Shown here: positions 57,229-64,000 of the stretch, in pieces
How the letters are laid out: each line of letters starts with the position of its first letter
How positions within the stretch are numbered: position 1 is the first letter of the stretch
From: an uncultured Gemmatimonadales bacterium
GTDB taxonomy: Bacteria > Gemmatimonadota > Gemmatimonadetes > Longimicrobiales > RSA9
Direction: 5' to 3'
Assembly: GCA_963783305.1 (NCBI GenBank)
Contig: CAWAMW010000013.1
Coordinates: 32,001 to 96,000 of the forward strand
DNA length: 64,000 nt
Made by a program: the position numbers and the translations under genes
The notes under the pieces: generated by a model
Told to the model about the DNA's origin: nothing
The model's database searches: none
The model's input: the letters and a program-made list of their open reading frames with translations, nothing else

Positions 57229-59094
57229 ATGGACACCACACTGCTGCGAACCCTCCGGAGCCACCCGCTCACGCGGAAGCTGAGCTCGGACGAGCGGAAC
57301 TACCTCATCTCGCAGGGCCGGGTGCTGGGATACCTGCCGGGCACCTACATCTTCCACGAGAGTCAGCCCCGGCAGGCGTTCGGGGTCATCCTGAAGGGGC
57401 GGCTGGAGCTCCAGACGGGGCAGCGCGGTCGGCCGACGGTGCTGGCGAGCCTCGGGGCGGGGGAGTCGTTCGGCGAGGGCAGCCTGCTCGATGATTATCC
57501 TCACTCCACCTCCGCTTTCGTGCGGGAGGCGCTCGAGGCGTTCGAGATTCCACGGGACGCTCTGTCCGTCATCGGACGCGACCGCCCGGAGCTTCATTCG
57601 CGGCTCGTCAGCGGGGCGGCGCGGATCATCGCGGAGCGCGTGAGCTCTGTCGGTCGGGTGGCGGGAGGGGAGGCGGCGTTCCGCTCGGGGGCCGTGCGCC
57701 GGGAGCACGACCTGCTCGGCGAGCGCGACGTGCCGGATCGCAACTACTACGGTCTCCAGACGATGCGGGCGGTGGAGAACTTCCCGATCACGGGCGTCCC
57801 CATCTCGCAGTACCCGCAGCTGATCAACGCGCTGGCGGCGGTGAAGGAGGCAGCGGCGGAGACCAATCGTGACCTGGGGCTTCTGGAGGAGGAGATCGCC
57901 GACGCGATCATCCGGGCCGCCCGGGAGATCCGGGGGGGGCGGCTGCACGGCGAGTTCGTGGTGGACGTGATCCAGGGCGGCGCGGGGACGTCCACGAACA
58001 TGAACGCCAACGAGGTGATCGCCAACCGGGCGCTGGAGCTGCTGGGGCGAAATCGCGGCGAGTACGACGTGGTGCATCCGAACAACCACGTGAACCTCTC
58101 GCAGTCGACCAACGACACCTACCCGACGGCGCTGAAGATCGCGGCCATCTGGTCGATCCGCGACCTGGAGCAGGCCGTCGCCGCGCTTCGGGACGCCTTC
58201 CTCGCCAAGGGGGACGAGTTCGCCGACATCGTGAAGATGGGCCGGACGCAGCTCCAGGATGCGGTGCCCATGACGCTGGGACAGGAGTTCCGGGCGTTCG
58301 GCGTCACGCTGGGCGAGGAGGTGGAGCGGCTGCGCGCCGCGGCCGGGCTGATCCGCGAGATCAACATGGGCGCCACGGCCATCGGAACGGGGATCAACAC
58401 CGACCCCAGCTACGCCGAGAAGGTGCGTGCGGCGCTTTCACGGGTCACGGGGCTGGACCTGATCACGAGCCCGAACCTGGTGGAGGCGACGCAGGACACG
58501 GGCGTCTTCGTGCACCTGTCCAGTACGCTCAAGCGACTGGCCGTGAAGCTGTCGAAGATCTGCAACGACCTCAGGCTTCTGTCCAGCGGACCCCGGGCGG
58601 GGCTCGGCGAGATCCGGTTGCCGGCCATGCAGCCCGGGTCGAGCATCATGCCCGGCAAGGTCAACCCGGTGATCCCGGAGGTGGTGAACCAGGTGGCGTT
58701 CCAGGTGATCGGCAACGACCTGACGGTTACCATGGCCGCGGAGGGCGGTCAGCTCCAGCTCAACGTCTTCGAGCCGGTCATCGCGTTCAACATCTTCCAG
58801 TCCATGGACATGCTGATCCAGGCGTGCATCGTCCTGCGGGAGCGGACGGTGGTGGGGATCGAGGCGGATCGGGACCGTATCCGGCAGGGGCTGGAACAGA
58901 GCATCGGCATCGTCACCGCGCTTGTCCCGTATATCGGGTACGAGAAGGCCTCGGCCGTGGCCCGTGAAGCGCTGTCGTCCGGGCGGGGCGTCTACGAGCT
59001 GGTGCTGGAAAAGGAATGGCTCAGCCGCGAGAAGCTCGACAGGATCCTTTCGCCCGACGCCATGACACGGCCGCGGGGGCTGCCCGGGACCTAG
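57229..59094 (+). CDS. aspA: aspartate ammonia-lyase with N-terminal cNMP-binding domain
   Basis: REHDLLG, YYGLQTMRAVENF, GSSIMPGKVNP; N-terminal IFHE..ILKG..GESFGE. Confidence 0.9.
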   Translation: MDTTLLRTLRSHPLTRKLSSDERNYLISQGRVLGYLPGTYIFHESQPRQAFGVILKGRLELQTGQRGRPTVLASLGAGESFGEGSLLDDYPHSTSAFVREALEAFEIPRDALSVIGRDRPELHSRLVSGAARIIAERVSSVGRVAGGEAAFRSGAVRREHDLLGERDVPDRNYYGLQTMRAVENFPITGVPISQYPQLINALAAVKEAAAETNRDLGLLEEEIADAIIRAAREIRGGRLHGEFVVDVIQGGAGTSTNMNANEVIANRALELLGRNRGEYDVVHPNNHVNLSQSTNDTYPTALKIAAIWSIRDLEQAVAALRDAFLAKGDEFADIVKMGRTQLQDAVPMTLGQEFRAFGVTLGEEVERLRAAAGLIREINMGATAIGTGINTDPSYAEKVRAALSRVTGLDLITSPNLVEATQDTGVFVHLSSTLKRLAVKLSKICNDLRLLSSGPRAGLGEIRLPAMQPGSSIMPGKVNPVIPEVVNQVAFQVIGNDLTVTMAAEGGQLQLNVFEPVIAFNIFQSMDMLIQACIVLRERTVVGIEADRDRIRQGLEQSIGIVTALVPYIGYEKASAVAREALSSGRGVYELVLEKEWLSREKLDRILSPDAMTRPRGLPGT

Positions 59095-59390
59095 CTGGCG
59101 GCGCCGATTTGCCCGGCCGTTCCGCCGCCGGTATTTTCCAGGTCGCTCGCCTGTCCCGCTCGGGGCAACCCTCCACAGCGACCGGAAAGTGATGCAGGGC
59201 ACTCAGTCCGATCAGTCGGCCATCGGTAGGTGCGCGGCGCGTGGTGCGCCGGGTGCCCGCGCGTCCGGTGCTGGTGAGCGCACGGACCGCAGCTATCTGC
59301 TCCGACGCGAGTGCCGATACCCGTTCCCGAGGCTGCAGGACGGGGCGGCGACGGTTCCACTGCGTCGCGCGCGCCGGGTGTGTGCGAGCT

Positions 59391-60011
59391 TCAGCGCGAT
59401 CCGGTCCCTGGCGCGTGAGGATCAGAGCTGAGGGGGGAGCGCATGTCGACCACGAGGTGGGCGCGCTCGGCGGTGGCGGCGAGCTGGTGCGCGACGATCC
59501 GGAGCAGCGTGCGAGCGCGGTCGTCGAACCGCTGTCGCTCAGCGAAGTAGAAGCTCAGGGCGCCGAACACCCGATTCTCGGCCGCGAGCGGGTGCGCGGT
59601 CATGGACACGAAACCGAGCTCGCGGGCCGGCTCCCACCAGTCTGTGAGGTCCGGGTCCCCGAACACGTCCTCCACCTCGACTGAAGCGCCTTCCAGGACC
59701 GCGCGGCCGGTGGGTCCGCGGCCTTCCCTGATCCGGAGCTCGCTCAGGAACCGCGCGGAAGCCTGCGGCCAGTTCTGAGCGCACGCGAGACGGAGGAGGC
59801 GCGGGTCATCCTGGTCGCGGAGGAAGACCGAGGCGAAGGATGCGCCCACGAGGGGGGTGACGCGGGCCAGCGCGAGGCGATAGACCTCGAGCGGCGTCCG
59901 ATCAGTCATGAGCGACCGGGCGATTTCGCGGGCGACCTCCGTCTCCAGCTCCCGTTCGTTCGCCGCGTCCTCGTCCGGGCCGGGCGGGAGCGGGTTCGTT
60001 GTTGGGTTCAA
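59391..60011 (-). CDS. stand-alone GAF-domain protein
   Basis: GRGPTGRAV, VEDV, AHPL..VFGALSFY, LLRIVAHQLA; TTG start. Confidence 0.75.
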   Translation of the reverse strand: MNPTTNPLPPGPDEDAANERELETEVAREIARSLMTDRTPLEVYRLALARVTPLVGASFASVFLRDQDDPRLLRLACAQNWPQASARFLSELRIREGRGPTGRAVLEGASVEVEDVFGDPDLTDWWEPARELGFVSMTAHPLAAENRVFGALSFYFAERQRFDDRARTLLRIVAHQLAATAERAHLVVDMRSPLSSDPHAPGTGSR

Positions 60012-60026
60012 GGGCTAGCCGTTTCC

Positions 60027-60055
60027 TTGACGCATTCCGGGGGGCATCCTACTCT
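60027..60055 (+). promoter_or_regulatory. sigma70 promoter of HU gene
   Basis: TTGACG-N17-TACTCT. Confidence 0.6.
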
Positions 60056-60160
60056 ATCCGGGCCTTCTGGCCAGAACCGTTGCCGGAGAACGTGAGGTCC
60101 CACGGCCCTCGCTGCAAGAGCATGAGTCCGCAACCGATCACCTCTTTCGAGGAGTAGCCG

Positions 60161-60448
60161 ATGAACAAGTCCGAGCTGGTGCAGGCGCTGGCGAACGAGA
60201 CCGACATGACGAAAGCGGAGGCCCAGCGCACCGTCGACGCCCTCTTCAACACGAAGGAGGGCATACTGGCCAGCGCGCTGAAGAAGGGCGAGCGGGTCCA
60301 GATCACCGGGTTCGGCACGTTCGAGACGCGCAAGCGAAAGGCGCGCACCGGCCGCAACCCTCGCACGGGCGAGGAGATCAAGATCGGGGCGACCACCAGC
60401 CCCACGTTCCGTCCGGGGAAGGCGTTGAAGGACGCGGTGAAGAAGTAG
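60161..60448 (+). CDS. hup: histone-like DNA-binding protein HU
   Basis: MNKSELV, GFGTF, RTGRNPRTGE, FRPGKALKDAV. Confidence 0.95.
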   Translation: MNKSELVQALANETDMTKAEAQRTVDALFNTKEGILASALKKGERVQITGFGTFETRKRKARTGRNPRTGEEIKIGATTSPTFRPGKALKDAVKK

Positions 60449-60473
60449 GACGGCGTCCTCTACGATCGGCTCT

Positions 60474-60518
60474 GCGGTAAGGGCCCCGGGGATCCTGGAT
60501 CCCCGGGGCCCTTACCGC
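60474..60518. terminator. perfect 22-1-22 inverted repeat between convergent genes
   Basis: GCGGTAAGGGCCCCGGGGATCC-T-GGATCCCCGGGGCCCTTACCGC. Confidence 0.75.
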
Positions 60519-60540
60519 GTTCGGGCGCGTCGCGCGTCCG

Positions 60541-62370
60541 TCAGCCGCGACGCGGCGGACGGTCCCCCGTCCCGCCACGACTCGAGCCACCACGACTCGA
60601 GCCACCGCGGCCCGGACCACCGCGGCCCGGACCACCCCGCGAGGGGCCACCGCGGCCGCCTCCCGCGCCACCGCTCGGGCTCCGGCCGGACCCGCCACGG
60701 CTCGGTCCCCGGCTGCCGCCGCGGGCGGAGCCGCCCGATCCGCCGCGCGCGCCGCCGCCGGGGCCGCCACGATCACCGCGATCGCCTGGCGACTTCCGGG
60801 GTGCTCGCTCCTTGCGGTCGTAGTCGACCCGCAGGCTTCTGCCCTTGATCGTGCGGCCGTTCAGCGCCTGGATCACCTGGGCGGCCATGGGGCTGGCCAC
60901 CTCCACGGTGGAGTGGGACTCTCGGATGTCGATCTTCCCCACCTGGTCGCCAGCGATGCCGGCCTCGCCGGTCATGGCGCCCACCAGGTCCCCGGGGGTG
61001 ATGTCGTCGCGGCTCCCGATGCTCACGAAGAGATGCGTCCACGTGGTGGCCGTGGCGGGCGGTGGTGCCCCCGCGCCGGGTCGTGCGCCGACGCCCGTCG
61101 CCCCGCCCGACCGGGGAGCCGCCCCCTGACCCGCGGGTGTCGAGCCCCCCTGGTGCTGCCGGCCCTGGTGCGTCGAGCGTGCGAGCTGGAGCGCAGCGGC
61201 GGCGATCTCCGCGGCGGGGAACTCGTCGAGGAGCGGCTCGATCAGGGCGAGATCCGCGGAGAGGTCGCCCGCCTCCAGGATGCGTCGGACCTGGCCGCGG
61301 ACTGTCTCGGCGGGGTTCTCCAGCGCGGCCGGCGGATCGGCCCGGGGCTCGAGGGTGACTCCCGCCCGGCGGGCGATCCTGAGGAGGTGGGCTCGCTCCC
61401 GTGGGGTGGCGAGGATGGTCCCACCCCGGCCGTGCAGCTCGACGAGTGCATCCGCGTCGAACGGTACGTCGGCCGAGATGACCGTGGCGCGCGTGGTGCG
61501 CTGGTCCGCCTCCGTGAGCGGGAGCACCAGGATCCGGACGCTGGAGCCCTCGCCCTGCGTAGTGATGCCGCGGGCGGTGAGCGCCTGATCGAGTACCGCG
61601 GCGCGATCATGGCTCCTGCAGACAACCGCCACCTCACCGGCCTCGGCCTCCGCGATGAGCGATACGACGGCGCCGGCCTTCGCGTGCTCCGGGACGATCC
61701 GGTAGCGCACGGTGGCGCTGACCTCGGGCTGGTCGCCGCCGCTGGAGCGAGGCGGGATGGTCATGGCCTTTCGAGCGTGCCGCTCGACGAACCCGTCAAT
61801 GCGGGAGCCGAGGGAGCCGGCGACGATGATTCGCTGTGCGCTCCCGGGGACGATGTCGACGATCGTCTCGAGGTCATCCCACTGACCGGTGGCTTCGATG
61901 AGGTCCGCGCCATCGACCACCAGCGAGAGGATTCCGTCGACCTTGAGAGCGGACTCTCGTACCGCTGTGGCGGCGGCGGTGGGGGAGAGGACCAGCAGAT
62001 CGACCGGGCGCTGGCTCCAGCCGGCGCCATGAGCGCGGACCGTAATGCCGGCGGGAGCGGCCATGCGGGCGAGGGAGTCGGCGGTGCGTGAAGCCGCGTC
62101 GGCGTCCGGTACCAGGACCAGCGCACGTGGCCCGGGCGAATCCTGCCCGGCGCCTTCCTCCACGTCCGCCCGCGTCAGCTGGTCGAGGACCCCGAGGCCG
62201 TATGCCCCCACCGCGCCGCTGCCCGCGGAGGCATGGAGCACCACGTTGTTTCCGCGCCTGATCACCGGCAGCGCGTCCCGCTGCAGGCCGGCCGGTGTGT
62301 CCCAGCCCAGCGATTCCACGCCGGCCGAGAGCTCCGGCGATATTCCCAGATCCTCGAATCGATCCGTCAT
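60541..62370 (-). CDS. degenerate DeaD/CsdA-like DEAD-box protein with DbpA RNA-binding domain and RGG tail
   Basis: Q-motif FEDLG..GWDTPAGLQ; DGAD at motif II; DbpA-type LFVSIGSRDDITPGDLVGA; Gly/Arg tail. Confidence 0.85.
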   Translation of the reverse strand: MTDRFEDLGISPELSAGVESLGWDTPAGLQRDALPVIRRGNNVVLHASAGSGAVGAYGLGVLDQLTRADVEEGAGQDSPGPRALVLVPDADAASRTADSLARMAAPAGITVRAHGAGWSQRPVDLLVLSPTAAATAVRESALKVDGILSLVVDGADLIEATGQWDDLETIVDIVPGSAQRIIVAGSLGSRIDGFVERHARKAMTIPPRSSGGDQPEVSATVRYRIVPEHAKAGAVVSLIAEAEAGEVAVVCRSHDRAAVLDQALTARGITTQGEGSSVRILVLPLTEADQRTTRATVISADVPFDADALVELHGRGGTILATPRERAHLLRIARRAGVTLEPRADPPAALENPAETVRGQVRRILEAGDLSADLALIEPLLDEFPAAEIAAAALQLARSTHQGRQHQGGSTPAGQGAAPRSGGATGVGARPGAGAPPPATATTWTHLFVSIGSRDDITPGDLVGAMTGEAGIAGDQVGKIDIRESHSTVEVASPMAAQVIQALNGRTIKGRSLRVDYDRKERAPRKSPGDRGDRGGPGGGARGGSGGSARGGSRGPSRGGSGRSPSGGAGGGRGGPSRGGPGRGGPGRGGSSRGGSSRGGTGDRPPRRG

Positions 62371-62518
62371 TCCCTCACCCGTGTTGTCAAATGCGTTCGT
62401 CCGGCCCGTGCCGGCGCGCGATCAATATAGTGGATTTCCCCCAGGGTTGCCGGCCGCGACGACGGCCGCCATCCTGAAGATGATCTTCTCTTGTCCCGTG
62501 CGGAGTCGGGGCTGTGCA

Positions 62519-62544
62519 GGGAACCTCCGTGTCCCGGCGGCGTA
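62519..62544 (+). promoter_or_regulatory. ECF-type promoter candidate
   Basis: GGGAAC-N16-CGTA upstream of 62584. Confidence 0.45.
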
Positions 62545-62583
62545 TCGTGATGCGTCGCAACACGTTGTATCATCCCCATAAAA

Positions 62584-63135
62584 GTGAGGACCTCGGTGTC
62601 GATCGCATCTCGACTGTTCATTCCCTTCGTGGCCATCATGGCGGCCGCCCCTGGTCTCGCGGCGCAGCAGCAGGACCCGATTCCCGCGGGGCTCTACCAG
62701 TTCGTCCCCGACCAGAGTGACGAGATCGAGGGCCGCATCAAACAGGCCGCGTCTCACATGAACTTCCTGATCCGGGGGATCGCGGAGCGGCGGCTGCGGA
62801 ACGCCAACAAGCCGATTGACCGTATCGACCTGCGGTACCAGGGCGACACGGTGTGGATCTCGCTGCGCGCGGACGAGCCGTGGGTCGCCACTCTGCGGAA
62901 CGGCGAGTTCGGTCCCTATACGAGGGCCGATGGTGAGGTGGTTCAGGTCAAGACGCAGCTGAAGCCGGGGGTGATCGACCAGTACTTCCGCTCCGACGAT
63001 GGCGAGAAGCAGATGATCTATACGCTGCGCAATGACGGCCGCATGGCCGTGGAGTCGATCGTCTACAGCGACAAGCTGAAGGAGCCGTTCCGCTACACGT
63101 GGGTCTACCGTCCGGTGGAGCGCCCGGCGCAGTAG
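62584..63135 (+). CDS. hypothetical secreted protein
   Basis: signal peptide ending LAA-QQQ; beta-rich (lipocalin-like look). Confidence 0.7.
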   Translation: MRTSVSIASRLFIPFVAIMAAAPGLAAQQQDPIPAGLYQFVPDQSDEIEGRIKQAASHMNFLIRGIAERRLRNANKPIDRIDLRYQGDTVWISLRADEPWVATLRNGEFGPYTRADGEVVQVKTQLKPGVIDQYFRSDDGEKQMIYTLRNDGRMAVESIVYSDKLKEPFRYTWVYRPVERPAQ

Positions 63136-63188
63136 TCTCAGTAGTCTCCTGCAAGCGCCGCGGCGCCTGCGGCTGTCGAAGTGGACTT

Positions 63189-63221
63189 AGCGAGCCAGCC
63201 GGCGTGATCGGCTGGCTCGCT
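63189..63221. terminator. hairpin between convergent genes
   Basis: AGCGAGCCAGCCG-N7-CGGCTGGCTCGCT. Confidence 0.65.
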
Positions 63222-64000
63222 CAGTTCATCCGCACCTGGAGGCGGAGCGTGCGCCCCGGCTGGGGCAGTCCGCACTGGTCGTACGCACCGGAGTCGGTGA
63301 CGTTGTCGATGGCGAGCTCCACCCCCACCCGCTCCAGGCTCGCTCGGCTCCGCCCGAGGCGGAATGTGCGGGCGACCTGGACATCGGCGCGGGTGCTCGG
63401 ATCGAGCTGCCTGAACTCCTCCTGCCCCGCGGACGGCGTGGCGCAGAACTGCTTGCCCATGTACTGGACCTCCGCGGCCGCATGGATCCCGGCCGGGAGC
63501 GGCAGCGTGGCGCCCATCCCCCCGGCCACCTCCGGTTCGTACTCGGCGCGCACCCCTGCTTTCCCCGGCTGCACCACTTCCACCGACTGGAGCGTGAGCT
63601 CCGTCTCGAGAGTGGCCCTGCCCATGGTGTAGCCCGCGATCACCTCGAGGCCGGTGCTCCGGACCTGGTCCCGGTTCACGCGCATATACCGTGCGCTGGA
63701 GCCGGTGGGCGCCGCGCCCCTGGCGATGGCGTCGTCGATCCTCTGGTGGTATCCCACCACCTGCAGATCGTAGCCGTCGAAGCGACCCGTGAATCCGCCC
63801 TCGACTGCCGATAGGATCTCGGGGCGCAGCGCGGGGTTCGGCTCGAAGCGGCCGAGCGCCGACGAGTACATCTCCCGGAGTGCCGGAAACCGGCCCCGTC
63901 GGCTGAGGGCCGCGTGGAAGAGCAGCCCCTGGGAGGCCGACGCGCTCGCCCCCAGGCGACCTCCCCATTCGGTCATTGTGGGGCCGGCGCCCGAGACATC
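63221..64000 (-). CDS. TonB-dependent receptor, C-terminal part (5' end outside window)
   Basis: PNPALRPE, GLEV, IDNVTD..PGRTLRLQVR; frame open to window end. Confidence 0.8.
   Translation of the reverse strand, partial: DVSGAGPTMTEWGGRLGASASASQGLLFHAALSRRGRFPALREMYSSALGRFEPNPALRPEILSAVEGGFTGRFDGYDLQVVGYHQRIDDAIARGAAPTGSSARYMRVNRDQVRSTGLEVIAGYTMGRATLETELTLQSVEVVQPGKAGVRAEYEPEVAGGMGATLPLPAGIHAAAEVQYMGKQFCATPSAGQEEFRQLDPSTRADVQVARTFRLGRSRASLERVGVELAIDNVTDSGAYDQCGLPQPGRTLRLQVRMN

Noticed and set aside
60560..60780. 15-bp tandem repeats (CCACGACTCGAGCCA, CCGCGGCCCGGACCA)
   Set aside because: Coding repeats of the GGSSR/GGPGR tail; no spacers, so not CRISPR.
1..64000. Prophage, IS, integron, defence system, tRNA/rRNA
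   Set aside because: No integrase, transposase, cas or phage genes, no cloverleaf or rRNA signatures, and no extended low-GC island seen.

Overview
A 64-kb, very GC-rich (roughly 70% by eye) and gene-dense bacterial chromosome segment. Gene content and protein style (DUF5916 and DUF4097 proteins, VPS10/BNR propellers, several ECF sigma factors, a TonB-dependent receptor) suggest Gemmatimonadota; this is inference, not a database result. About 65 CDS cover housekeeping, envelope, metal and peptide-catabolism functions. I saw no rRNA, tRNA, CRISPR array, integrase or transposase. The most unusual items are: (1) a full-length DeaD/CsdA-type DEAD-box protein whose ATPase motifs are all degenerate while the DbpA-type RNA-binding domain and RGG tail are kept; (2) a five-gene PaaABCD-like di-iron oxygenase operon with a BoxB-like catalytic motif, a split PaaD and no other paa genes nearby; (3) an aspartase fused to a cyclic-nucleotide-binding domain, next to two peptide transporters; (4) a modular dispersed intergenic repeat in three copies; (5) sigma-54 promoter motifs in front of cell-envelope genes; (6) dense D-[S/T]-[A/I/L/V/M/T] clusters in exported proteins, resembling the Bacteroidota O-glycosylation sequon; (7) infC with an ATA start codon; (8) two +1 frameshifts (DUF2207 and OPT genes). 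Family calls come from motif recognition only.
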